From Oscillospiraceae bacterium (lineage in GTDB: Bacteria > Bacillota > Clostridia > Oscillospirales > CAG-272): a stretch of DNA of 64,000 nucleotides. Made by a program: the position numbers and the translations under genes. This document shows, in pieces, positions 17,190-25,964 of this stretch. The stretch's first letter is position 1. Every line of letters starts with the position of its first letter. Where the stretch lies: contig SVQT01000002.1 in NCBI GenBank assembly GCA_015065215.1, positions 29,595 to 93,594 on the forward strand, read 5' to 3'. The notes beneath the pieces are model-generated. The model searched no databases, was not told the origin of the DNA, and saw only the letters and a list, made by a program, of their open reading frames with translations.

Positions 17190-17277
17190 AGGGAGCCTCC
17201 TTTCCTTTCATACTGCATTCAGTATAACATATTTTTTATGTAAATTCTATAGAAACAGCAAATTTTTTTCGCTTGCA

Positions 17278-17306
17278 TTGACACAGCGGGCAAAATGCGG
17301 TACAAT
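17278..17306 (+). promoter_or_regulatory. sigma-A promoter of the CPBP protease gene
   Basis: TTGACA (17278-17283), 17 nt, TACAAT (17301-17306). Confidence 0.65.
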
Positions 17307-17338
17307 AATAGCAGTTTTAGCGAAAGGGGGGTGCGCTG

Positions 17339-18349
17339 ATGGCAAGAGAGAGAACACCTGCCGAGCAGGAATATCGCGCTACGGTCAATCATATCGCGTT
17401 TTCTATGCTGATCTTTGAGGCGCTGTTTACGGTGTTTGGCATTGTCATTTCGGTGGCAGGATCCGTGTTGGATCAAATGGCGATCGGCCATATCTGGAAA
17501 AGCTTGATCCGTGAGCTTGGCTATGGCGTGTTGTATGCGTGTGTGTTCGTGATCCCCGCTTTTTGCTTTTATCTGTTCTCTCAAAAGCAAAAAAACGTAC
17601 AAGTCCAATGCGAGACCCTTGTGCCGGCTGAAACGGCGCTGTATCTGCTCGCGGGCTTGGCGGTGATTTTTGCTACGGCGCAAATCAACGCGGCGTTGGT
17701 CGGCTTCTTTTCTGTCTCACCTGTTGTGGTGGATAACGTGTTTGGCACCCAGGTGACCACCAACACGCAATTGGTGCTGACCATTGTGACCACCGCGCTT
17801 GTTCCCGCTTTTGTAGAGGAGTTTTTGTTCCGCGGCGTTGTGCTTTCGCATTTGCTACGCTATGGCAAAACCACCGCCGTGCTGTTCAGCGCCCTGCTGT
17901 TTGGCATCATGCATCAGAACGCGGCGCAGCTGCTCTATGCTGTCGCGGCGGGGCTGGTGCTCGGCTTTATCTATCTCAAAACCCGCTCGATCTGGCCCTG
18001 CGTGCTGCTTCATTTCTTTAATAATTTTCTCTCGCTGATACAAGCGATTTTGGCGGAGCGCCTTCCTCCGGCGACAGCCTATTGGGCATTGGCGATCATG
18101 CAGGGGATGATCTTTTTGTTTGGTGTCGCGGCGGCTGTTTTGCTGATCCTGCGGCAAAAGGCGGATCACTCCGAGCCGCCGGTCAGGGCGCCGCTGGCGT
18201 TGGAAAGTGACGAAGCGGCGCGTGGCTCTGCCAGCATTGCCTTTGGGCGCCGTGTACAGCTGTTTTTTTCGGCGCCGATGATCGTTTTTTTGGCGGTTTG
18301 CGTGCTGATGATGTTTCTGCCCACCCTGCTTACCTTATTGCTGTTTTAA
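17339..18349 (+). CDS. CPBP-family (CAAX/Rce1-like) intramembrane metalloprotease
   Basis: Motifs EEFLFRG, FGIMH and HFFNN within a polytopic membrane protein. Confidence 0.88.
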   Translation: MARERTPAEQEYRATVNHIAFSMLIFEALFTVFGIVISVAGSVLDQMAIGHIWKSLIRELGYGVLYACVFVIPAFCFYLFSQKQKNVQVQCETLVPAETALYLLAGLAVIFATAQINAALVGFFSVSPVVVDNVFGTQVTTNTQLVLTIVTTALVPAFVEEFLFRGVVLSHLLRYGKTTAVLFSALLFGIMHQNAAQLLYAVAAGLVLGFIYLKTRSIWPCVLLHFFNNFLSLIQAILAERLPPATAYWALAIMQGMIFLFGVAAAVLLILRQKADHSEPPVRAPLALESDEAARGSASIAFGRRVQLFFSAPMIVFLAVCVLMMFLPTLLTLLLF

Positions 18350-18360
18350 GGGGGGCGGAT

Positions 18361-18888
18361 ATGGTAGAAAAGAAAATAAAGCCGGTGAACGGTATTGAAA
18401 AACAGCAAAAAACAGATCTTTTGGCGATGCGCTTGGCCCTCGCTGAGGCCAGAGCCGCGGCGGAGGAGGGAGAGACACCGATTGGCGCCGTTTTGATGCG
18501 TGGCGATGCAGTGATCGCCGCCGCCCACAACCACCGTGAAAGCAAAAACGACGTGACCTCCCACGCGGAGATCGAGGTACTGCGTGCCGCAGGAAAGCAA
18601 AAAGGGGACTGGCGCCTGTCGGAGTGTACCCTTTACGTTACCTTAGAGCCCTGTCCCATGTGCGCCGGGGCCATCCTTTCCGCTCGCATTCCGCGCGTGG
18701 TCTTTGGCGCAAAGGATGCCACCATGGGCGCAATGGGCAGTGTGCTCAACCTCCCCCGTTTTCCGTTGGGGGCCAAGCCCCTGGTAGAAGGTGGTCTTTG
18801 CGAGGGGGAATGCAAGGAGCTGTTGCAATCCTTTTTTCAAAACAGACGCAAAGAAAGGCAAAAGCAAAAAGCAGACGGTCAGTGCTGA
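18361..18888 (+). CDS. tadA: tRNA adenosine(34) deaminase
   Basis: Zinc motifs HAEIEVL and PCPMCAGA. Start is ATG 18361, internal to track ORF 18298..18888. Confidence 0.9.
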   Translation: MVEKKIKPVNGIEKQQKTDLLAMRLALAEARAAAEEGETPIGAVLMRGDAVIAAAHNHRESKNDVTSHAEIEVLRAAGKQKGDWRLSECTLYVTLEPCPMCAGAILSARIPRVVFGAKDATMGAMGSVLNLPRFPLGAKPLVEGGLCEGECKELLQSFFQNRRKERQKQKADGQC

Positions 18889-18901
18889 CCGTCTGCTTTT
18901 T
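18866..18901. terminator. bidirectional terminator embedded in the 3' ends of two convergent CDSs
   Basis: AAAAAGCAGACGGTCAG TG CTGACCGTCTGCTTTTT, a perfect palindrome. Confidence 0.8.
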
Positions 18902-19094
18902 GCTTTTCGGTTTGTGTGAGGTCGGGGAGTTGTATGACGCCCTCGGATTTTTCAAATTCCTTGATGCATTGGCGAATCAGATACAGAATTTGCGCGTTAG
19001 CGGAGCGCCCCTCATACTTGGAAATGTAATGCAGCTTATAATGTAGCTCCGGGTCGATCTCGATGCCCAAATGCTTGTTTTGCTTATTTCTCAT
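18879..19094 (-). CDS. small DNA-binding protein, probable ribbon-helix-helix (Arc/CopG-like)
   Basis: 71 aa with RBS GAGGTG. The pattern HLGIEIDPELHYKLHYISKYEGRSANAQILYLIRQCIKE fits strand-helix-helix. Confidence 0.55.
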   Translation of the reverse strand: MRNKQNKHLGIEIDPELHYKLHYISKYEGRSANAQILYLIRQCIKEFEKSEGVIQLPDLTQTEKQKADGQH

Positions 19095-19277
19095 TATTTA
19101 CACCTCAAAATCTTATTTCAAGTACATTTTAAGATGGTTTTGCGATATAACGTGTAACGTATACTTGAAGCAAGTCCCCAAGCCTTGTGCGCCCAAAACA
19201 TAACACGCCTTCCTGTTTTCAAGGCTTTCGGGAGAGAGCCCCTTTTGCAAAAGCTCTCTCCCTTTCCAATTTCGCTA

Positions 19278-20495
19278 TCACGCGAGGCGCTTTTCCAGTC
19301 TTGCGCGGATGGCCTTGATAAAGTCGATGGAGTTGACCGCCTCGACCTTGGTGCCGGGCACGACCAGGCCGGTGAGATCCTTGGTCATAATGCCGTCCAT
19401 CAGGGTGTCAATGCAAGCACCCTCGAGGTTGTCTGCAAAATGCATCAGATCTGCCAGGTTGTCCATCTCGCCTCTCTTGCGGAGCGCGCCAGACCAAGCG
19501 TAGATGGTGGCGATGGGGTTGGTGGAGGTCTCCTCACCCTTCAGATGGCGGTAGTAGTGGCGGGTCACGGTGCCGTGCGCGGCCTCGTACTCGTATTTGC
19601 CGTCGGGGGAGACCAGCACGGAGGTCATCATGGCCAGAGACCCGAAGGCGGTGGAGACCATGTCGCTCATCACGTCGCCGTCGTAGTTCTTGCACGCCCA
19701 GATGAAGCCGCCCTTGCTGCGGATGACGCGGGCAACGGCATCGTCGATCAGGGTGTAGAAATAGGTGATGCCCGCTTCCTCAAATTTTGCCTTGTACTCG
19801 TTATCGTAGATCTCCTGGAAGATCAGCTTGAAGGTCTGATCGTACTGCTTGGAGATGGTGTCCTTGGTAGAGAACCACAGATCCTGCTTGGTGCCAAGGG
19901 CATACTGGAAGCAGGCGTGCGCGAAGGAGCGAATTGAGTTATCCTTGTTGTAGGAGCCCTGCAAAACGCCGGCGCACTCAAAATCGTATACCGTTTCACG
20001 GAAGGTTTCGTTGCCGTCCTTGTCGGTAAAGAGGATTTCCGCCTTGCCCTGGGTGGGAACACGGTACTCGGTGGCTTTATAAATATCGCCGTAGGCGTGA
20101 CGGGCAATGGTAATGGGCGCTTCCCAGTTGCGCACGGCGGGCTTGATGGTGTCAATCAGGATGGGCGCGCGGAACACAGTGCCGTCCAGAATGGCGCGGA
20201 TGGTGCCGTTAGGGGATTTCCACATCTGTGTCAGGTTGTATTCCTCAACACGTTGCTTGTTGGGGGTGATGGTGGCGCACTTGACGGCAACGCCGTATTT
20301 TTGTGTAGCGTAGGCGCTGTCAAAGGTGACCTGATCCTTGGTTTTTTCGCGCTCGGGCAGGCCCAGATCGTAGTACTCGGTTTTGAGGTCTACAAAGGGG
20401 AGCAAGAGCTCGTCTTTGATCATCTGCCAAAGGATGCGGGTCATTTCGTCGCCGTCCATTTCGACCAGCGGCGTTGTCATTTTGATCTTTTCCAT
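19278..20495 (-). CDS. icd: NADP-dependent isocitrate dehydrogenase (eukaryote-like subfamily II)
   Basis: VEMDGDEMTRILWQMIKDELLLPFVDLKTEYYDLGL...KCATITPN. Start is ATG 20495 after GGAGGT. Confidence 0.93.
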   Translation of the reverse strand: MEKIKMTTPLVEMDGDEMTRILWQMIKDELLLPFVDLKTEYYDLGLPEREKTKDQVTFDSAYATQKYGVAVKCATITPNKQRVEEYNLTQMWKSPNGTIRAILDGTVFRAPILIDTIKPAVRNWEAPITIARHAYGDIYKATEYRVPTQGKAEILFTDKDGNETFRETVYDFECAGVLQGSYNKDNSIRSFAHACFQYALGTKQDLWFSTKDTISKQYDQTFKLIFQEIYDNEYKAKFEEAGITYFYTLIDDAVARVIRSKGGFIWACKNYDGDVMSDMVSTAFGSLAMMTSVLVSPDGKYEYEAAHGTVTRHYYRHLKGEETSTNPIATIYAWSGALRKRGEMDNLADLMHFADNLEGACIDTLMDGIMTKDLTGLVVPGTKVEAVNSIDFIKAIRARLEKRLA

Positions 20496-20561
20496 ATTCA
20501 ATACCTCCGAAATTTGGAAAAATGTATTACAACGGGGTGAGTTTTCCCGTGTTTTCAATGT

Positions 20562-21392
20562 TCAAAGCTGTCTTGCGACGACCTTTTTTATGCGATCCAA
20601 TGCGAGGGCGTAAAACTCCTCCACGGGCATATTCTTATAGGCGCCGTGGACGTCGCGCTCGGGCTTATCCTTCATGCTTAGCTCGCAGGTGAGAATGCCT
20701 TCGTAGCCGCAGGCGTCGATGCGGTCCATCACGCCCTTCCAGTCCACGATGCCGTCGCCCATGGGCAGGTGCGCGTCGTCATACCAGGTGATCACGTCAC
20801 CGGTCACGCCGAAATTGTCGTCCAGATGGGTGTGGCAGAGCTTTTCGCCGTAAAGCGCCAGCATATCACTGTTGCGGTAGCAGCATTCGTGTCCGCTGTC
20901 AAAGCAGAAGCCAAGGCAGGGCTCGTTCCAAAATTTTTGCATCACGGCGGCGAGAAATTCCTCCCGCTCGGTGTTCTCAAAGGCAAGCTTTACGCCGTGC
21001 TTGTTGCCCGCCTCGATGATGCGGGCGTAGCCATCCAATCCGACCTGCGTCGGGGCGGCAGGGGTCTTTGAGGAAAAGCCGTTCATGGTGTGCAGCACCA
21101 TCACGGGGATGTCAAAGCGGGCGCAATCCTCAATGCAAGCGATCATAGTGGCGATCTCCTTCTCGCCGTCCTCGCCGCCGTTCCAGATGCGGTATTCGTG
21201 GCTGAAGGGGGCGTGGATGGAGGAGTAGATCAAGCCGTTTCGGGCGGCAGTATCCGCCCATGCGGCGGTGCGGTTCGGATCCCAGCCTGTGAAAAAGGCA
21301 TCCCAGCCCACCTGTCGGATCAGGGAAATGTGCTCAGGCACGTTCAGTCCCCCCATGCCTCCCAGCACGTTGATACCAAGCTTGCGATCCAT
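20562..21392 (-). CDS. sugar phosphate isomerase/epimerase-like TIM barrel (AP_endonuc_2 family), copy B
   Basis: Tandem paralog of 21394..22242. Shared blocks are GINVLGG, QVGWDAFFTGWD, FDIPVMV, GEKLCHTH and MGDGIVDWKGVMDRID. Confidence 0.75.
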   Translation of the reverse strand: MDRKLGINVLGGMGGLNVPEHISLIRQVGWDAFFTGWDPNRTAAWADTAARNGLIYSSIHAPFSHEYRIWNGGEDGEKEIATMIACIEDCARFDIPVMVLHTMNGFSSKTPAAPTQVGLDGYARIIEAGNKHGVKLAFENTEREEFLAAVMQKFWNEPCLGFCFDSGHECCYRNSDMLALYGEKLCHTHLDDNFGVTGDVITWYDDAHLPMGDGIVDWKGVMDRIDACGYEGILTCELSMKDKPERDVHGAYKNMPVEEFYALALDRIKKVVARQL

Positions 21393-21393
21393 A

Positions 21394-22242
21394 TCAAAGC
21401 CCCCTGTTCAGTACCTTGCGCGCACGATCCAGTGCGAAGGCGTAGTACTCGTCGATAGTCATAGCGGCATACTTGTCGTGATCGGGGCGCCCCAGCTTGT
21501 TGGTACGGGTCAGCTCGCAGATCAGCGGCCCCTCGTAAGGGGTAGCGTCGATGCGATCCATCACGCCCTTCCAATCCACGATGCCGTCACCCATGGTGAG
21601 GTGCAGATCATTTTTCCAGCTCTGATCAATGGGCAGGGTCTTGTCCAGTACGCCCAGGTTGTCGTTGAAATGGGTGTGGCAGAGCTTTTCACCGTACAGA
21701 GCCACCATGTCCTTGCCGCCGTTGTAGCATTGCTCGTGCCCCGTGTCCAGACAGAAGCCGCAGCAGGGCTCGTTCCAAAATTCCTTCATCAGGGCGGCGA
21801 GATACTCCTCGCCCTCCACGTTCTCAAAGCCAAGCTTGACCCCCAGCTTGTTGGCAGCCTCCACCACGCGCTTGTAGTTATCCAGGCCGATCTGTGTGGG
21901 GGTGTGATCCTTGAAGCCGATAAAGGGGTGAATGACCATCACGGGGATATCAAAGCGGGCGCAATCTTCCACGCACGCAATCAGTTGATCGGTGACGAAC
22001 TTACCCTCCTCGCGGTCCTGCCACATATAGCTGACCTTGTGGTTGCCGCTGAAAGGGGAGTGGATGGATTGATAGATCAGCCCGTTGCGCGCGGCGGCAT
22101 TGGCCCATTCCTCCACGCGGCTACGATCCCAGCCGGTGAAAAAGGCATCCCAGCCCACCTGCTTGATCAGATCGATGTGCTGTGCGACCGACAGGTTGGC
22201 TCCGCCAAGGATGTTGATGCCCAGCTTATACTGCTTTGCCAT
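21394..22242 (-). CDS. sugar phosphate isomerase/epimerase-like TIM barrel (AP_endonuc_2 family), copy A
   Basis: Same blocks as above. Its stop lies 1 nt from the start of the downstream paralog. Confidence 0.75.
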   Translation of the reverse strand: MAKQYKLGINILGGANLSVAQHIDLIKQVGWDAFFTGWDRSRVEEWANAAARNGLIYQSIHSPFSGNHKVSYMWQDREEGKFVTDQLIACVEDCARFDIPVMVIHPFIGFKDHTPTQIGLDNYKRVVEAANKLGVKLGFENVEGEEYLAALMKEFWNEPCCGFCLDTGHEQCYNGGKDMVALYGEKLCHTHFNDNLGVLDKTLPIDQSWKNDLHLTMGDGIVDWKGVMDRIDATPYEGPLICELTRTNKLGRPDHDKYAAMTIDEYYAFALDRARKVLNRGL

Positions 22243-22263
22243 AAGGAGATCTCCTTTTTAAAG

Positions 22264-24510
22264 TTATTTGTTTTGTGCGGCGTAGTAGTTCATCAGACAG
22301 CCACGCAAAATGATTTCCTTCTCGTTATCGGTCAGGCCCTTGATGTGCAGGGTAATCTCCTCCACGGCACCGGTCGCGCGGATCACCTTGGCAGGGAACA
22401 CCTCCTCGCCGGCGGCGATTTTTTCACGCACGCTTGGGATAAAGACGAAGTCGCCCTCGTTATAGTCAAACTTGGTGCCCTCGTCAAGGGTAAAGGGCAA
22501 AATGCCCCAGTTGATGCAGTTGGAGCGGTAGCGCTTGGTCGCGAACTCATAGCAGATGTTGGCAAAGCCGCCCAAAACCTTCTGGCAGGAGGCAGCCTGC
22601 TCACGGGCGGAGCCGTCACCGGGCTTGTTCGCGAACACGCAGGAGCCGAACTGGGTGTTCTGCGCCAGCGCATCGGCGTCGCCAACCTTGGAAAGGGCAA
22701 ATGTAATCTTGTCAGAGACGTTGCCTTCTCGGCGGCTCTTCTCATCTGCGGCAATCGCCTTAGAGCGCCCCACATACTCCGGGCAGCGTCGAGAGAGCGC
22801 GAACTCGGACAGGCGCAGGGGGTTGGAGCGGTAAGAGGAGGTCTCACCGGAGGGGATCAGCTCGTCGGTGGTGGTGACCGGATCGTGAATAACGGCGGCA
22901 AGCTCAACCAGCATATTGTCGGCAAGCTCGTACATTTTCGGCCAGTCGGTGATGTTGGGACCAAGGATCAGATCAGCATCCTTATCAGCCTTGCCGAAGC
23001 CGTAATAGCAACGCTTTTCATAGACCGAGCGGTCATAGTTGTATTTGTGGGCGGTGTGTTCGTAGTCCACGTCGGTGGCGGCGGTGATGATGCCGCCGTT
23101 GGCGGCGGTAGCGGCGATCGAACGCGCGTCCATCAGCGCCACGCCGGAAAGCTGCCCCTCACCGGGCTTGGAGCCCTCGCGGTTGGGGAAGTTGCGGGTG
23201 GTGTGACGCAGTGACAGGCCGTTGTTGGCGGGCACGTCGCCGGCACCAAAGCAGGGGCCGCAGAAGGAGGGCTTGATCACGGCGCCGTTTGCCAAGAGGT
23301 CTGCCGAGACGCCGATGCGGGTCAGCTCCAAAGACACCGGTACACTGGTGGGATATACAGACAAAGAGAAGTAGCTGTTGCCCACATTGCCGGTTTTCAG
23401 AATGGAGGAGGCTTCGTCAATGCTGTCAAACATGCCGCCGGCACAGCCCGCGATGATGCCCTGATCTGCCATAACGGAGCCGTCGGGACGCACCTTGGAT
23501 ACCAGATCCAGCTTGGCCTTCTTGCCAAACTTCTCGGCGGCCTCGGCCTCAACCTCGGCGAGCAGCTCCTTTGCGTGCTCGTTGAAGTAATGGATGGTGT
23601 AGGCTCTGGAGGGATGGAAGGGCAGAGCAATCATGCTCTCCATCTTAGAAAGGTCAATTTCTACCATGCGGTCATAGTAGGCCACCTTGCCGGGGGTTAG
23701 CTTCTTGTAGTCCTCGGGTCTGCCGTGGGCCTTGTAGTGCTGCTCCACCACCTCGTCAGTCTCCCAGATCGAGGAAAGGCAGGTGGTCTCGGTAGTCATG
23801 ACGTCAATGCCGTTACGGAAGTCGATGGGCAGCTCCTTTACGCCGGGGCCGACAAACTCCAATACACGGTTTTTCACAAAGCCGCTTTCAAAGGTGGCAC
23901 CCACCAGCGCGATGGCAACGTCGTGGGGGCCAATGCCCTTTTTCGGCTTGCCGGTGAGGTAGACCAGCACTACCTCGGGGGCGGGAATATCATACGTGTT
24001 TTTCAGCAGCTGCTTGACCAGCTCAGGGCCGCCCTCACCCACAGCCATGGTGCCAAGCGCACCGTAGCGGGTGTGGCTGTCGGAGCCCAGGATCATCGCG
24101 CCGCACTTTGCCATTTCCTCACGGGCAAAGGAGTGAATGACGCTTTGGTTGGCGGGCACGTAAATGCCGCCGTATTTTTTCGCGGCGGAAAGGCCGAACA
24201 CGTGGTCATCCTCGTTGATGGTGCCGCCGACGGCGCAAAGCGAGTTGTGGCAGTTGGTCATGGCGTAGGGCATGGGGAATTCCGTGAGGCCGCTGGCGCG
24301 GGCGGTTTGAATAATGCCTACATAGGTGATGTCATGAGAGAGCATGGCATCAAAGCGGATATTCAGCTTTTCCTCATTGCCGGAGGAATTGTGCGCTTGC
24401 AGAATGGAATATGCAATGGTGTTTTTGCGTGCCTGTGCGGGGGAGAGGGGGGCAGTGGCAGAAACCTTGCCATCTACCAAATAAACGCCGTTTTCGGTAA
24501 GTTTGACCAT
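22264..24510 (-). CDS. aconitate hydratase (aconitase family)
   Basis: ILGSDSHTRYG, CGPCFGAG and RNFPNREGS. Start is ATG 24510 after AAGGAGA, internal to the track ORF. Confidence 0.9.
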   Translation of the reverse strand: MVKLTENGVYLVDGKVSATAPLSPAQARKNTIAYSILQAHNSSGNEEKLNIRFDAMLSHDITYVGIIQTARASGLTEFPMPYAMTNCHNSLCAVGGTINEDDHVFGLSAAKKYGGIYVPANQSVIHSFAREEMAKCGAMILGSDSHTRYGALGTMAVGEGGPELVKQLLKNTYDIPAPEVVLVYLTGKPKKGIGPHDVAIALVGATFESGFVKNRVLEFVGPGVKELPIDFRNGIDVMTTETTCLSSIWETDEVVEQHYKAHGRPEDYKKLTPGKVAYYDRMVEIDLSKMESMIALPFHPSRAYTIHYFNEHAKELLAEVEAEAAEKFGKKAKLDLVSKVRPDGSVMADQGIIAGCAGGMFDSIDEASSILKTGNVGNSYFSLSVYPTSVPVSLELTRIGVSADLLANGAVIKPSFCGPCFGAGDVPANNGLSLRHTTRNFPNREGSKPGEGQLSGVALMDARSIAATAANGGIITAATDVDYEHTAHKYNYDRSVYEKRCYYGFGKADKDADLILGPNITDWPKMYELADNMLVELAAVIHDPVTTTDELIPSGETSSYRSNPLRLSEFALSRRCPEYVGRSKAIAADEKSRREGNVSDKITFALSKVGDADALAQNTQFGSCVFANKPGDGSAREQAASCQKVLGGFANICYEFATKRYRSNCINWGILPFTLDEGTKFDYNEGDFVFIPSVREKIAAGEEVFPAKVIRATGAVEEITLHIKGLTDNEKEIILRGCLMNYYAAQNK

Positions 24511-24543
24511 GGGGATTCTCCTTATGTAAAAATATACAAGATA

Positions 24544-24572
24544 ATTATATAAGATTGTAAATGGAAAGTCAA
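24544..24572 (-). promoter_or_regulatory. sigma-A promoter of the aconitase operon
   Basis: Minus strand reads TTGACT, 17 nt, TATAAT. Confidence 0.65.
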
Positions 24573-24822
24573 GGCGTTCTGTTGGATTTTTGCGATTTTT
24601 CAAGTGTGTTATGCTCCCCCCACTTTTTTGTCAAGGTACCAACGGTTATAATGGTTATTGGCATCGCTTACTGGTATTTGGTGGGCGGAGATGTAAGAGT
24701 AAGGAAAGAAAAATATTTTTTTAGCCTGTCGCATTGTTTCTATACTATTGCGTGTTCAAAAGGGCGTTGCAATTTTTTATAATAACAGCATAGAATGATG
24801 TTATTTGCTTTGAGGTGACGCT

Positions 24823-25143
24823 GTGGATAAAAAGACATTGGGCGGACGTATTCGAGAAGCGCGAAAAAATGCAAATTTAACACAGGAAACATTAGCAGAA
24901 AAAGCGGATATTGGTGCAATCTATTTAGGCGAGATTGAACGCGGACTAAAAATGCCCAGTGTAAGTGTTTTCGTGAAGATCGTAGAAGCGTTAGAGGTTT
25001 CTGCCGATTATTTGCTACGAGATGCGGTAAGTAGCGGTAAGGTTTATGTATTGGATGAAATTATGAAAAAAATGGAGGAATTTACGCCAAAACAAAGAAA
25101 AACGGTATCCGACATCTTAGATGCCTATATAAAAAATCTTTGA
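24823..25143 (+). CDS. XRE-family HTH transcriptional regulator (copy 2)
   Basis: LGGRIREARKNANLTQETLAEKADIGAIYLGEIERG. GTG start lies 5 nt after GAGGTG. The segment is AT-rich. Confidence 0.88.
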   Translation: MDKKTLGGRIREARKNANLTQETLAEKADIGAIYLGEIERGLKMPSVSVFVKIVEALEVSADYLLRDAVSSGKVYVLDEIMKKMEEFTPKQRKTVSDILDAYIKNL

Positions 25144-25183
25144 CTACGATAAAGCTTGTTGGTAAAAGCAAGGGGTGAAAATT

Positions 25184-25354
25184 ATGAAGCAAATTGGTAT
25201 GAATCGAAAAATAGACGCATTGGGCAGAATTGTAATTCCGAAAGAATTGAGAAGCTTTTTTTGCATAGAAGCGGGGGAACGGTTGGAAATCTTGGCAACG
25301 GAAGATGGCATCCTGCTACGAAAGCCTGCATACGAGGTTGTTAAAAAGCAATAA
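25184..25354 (+). CDS. AbrB/SpoVT-type swapped-hairpin DNA-binding protein, 56 aa (copy 2)
   Basis: My own translation: MKQIGMNRKIDALGRIVIPKELRSFFCIEAGERLEILATEDGILLRKPAYEVVKKQ. RBS is AAGGGGTG. It is a paralog of 11221..11391. Track ORF 25156..25344 is in the wrong frame. Confidence 0.82.
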   Translation: MKQIGMNRKIDALGRIVIPKELRSFFCIEAGERLEILATEDGILLRKPAYEVVKKQ

Positions 25355-25433
25355 AAAGGGCGATTGTCGCTCTTTTTTTTACTTGAAAAAGCGTTCGGGA
25401 TGTGCTACAATGAGAAAAAAGGGGGGGATCGCC

Positions 25434-25964
25434 ATGGTTTTAGATAGCAGTTATTTCGCGCGTCCTGCCACCGCGCTTGCTCTCGATCTTTTGGGCAAGC
25501 TGCTGTGCCGACGTCTGCCCGACGGCACCATACTGCGCCGACGGATTACACAGACCGAGTGCTACTTTGGTGAAGAGGACACCGCCTGCCATGCCCACAA
25601 GGGCAGAACGCCGCGTACCGATACGCTCTACCAAAAGGGGGGCATTGCGTATGTCTATCTTTGCTATGGCATTCACAGCTTGCTCAACGTGGTCACAGGC
25701 GCGCAAGATCACCCCGAGGCGGTGCTGATCCGTGGCGTGGAGGGCTTTTCGGGGCCTGGCAGGGTGACAAAAGCAATGGGCATTACCTGCGCCGATAACC
25801 GCTTACCGCTCACCGAGGAAAGCGGCCTTTGGATAGAGGATGACGGCGCGCCGCAACCCACCTTTGCGGCCTTGCCGCGTGTGGGCATTGACTATGCGGC
25901 AAAAGAGGATAGAGAGCGCCCGTGGCGCTATTTGGTTTTGACAGAAAAGGCAGGTACGGTATGA
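25434..25964 (+). CDS. DNA-3-methyladenine glycosylase (AAG/MPG family)
   Basis: ALDLLGKLL...ITQTECYFGEEDTACHA...GIAYVYLCYGIHSLLNVV...AVLIRGVE...GPGRVTKAMGIT matches the B. subtilis Aag pattern. Start is ATG 25434. Confidence 0.88.
   Translation: MVLDSSYFARPATALALDLLGKLLCRRLPDGTILRRRITQTECYFGEEDTACHAHKGRTPRTDTLYQKGGIAYVYLCYGIHSLLNVVTGAQDHPEAVLIRGVEGFSGPGRVTKAMGITCADNRLPLTEESGLWIEDDGAPQPTFAALPRVGIDYAAKEDRERPWRYLVLTEKAGTV

Noticed and set aside
21268-23214. 648-aa + strand ORF
   Set aside because: It is antisense to the TIM-barrel and aconitase genes and crosses a gene boundary. It has no RBS and shadow-ORF composition.
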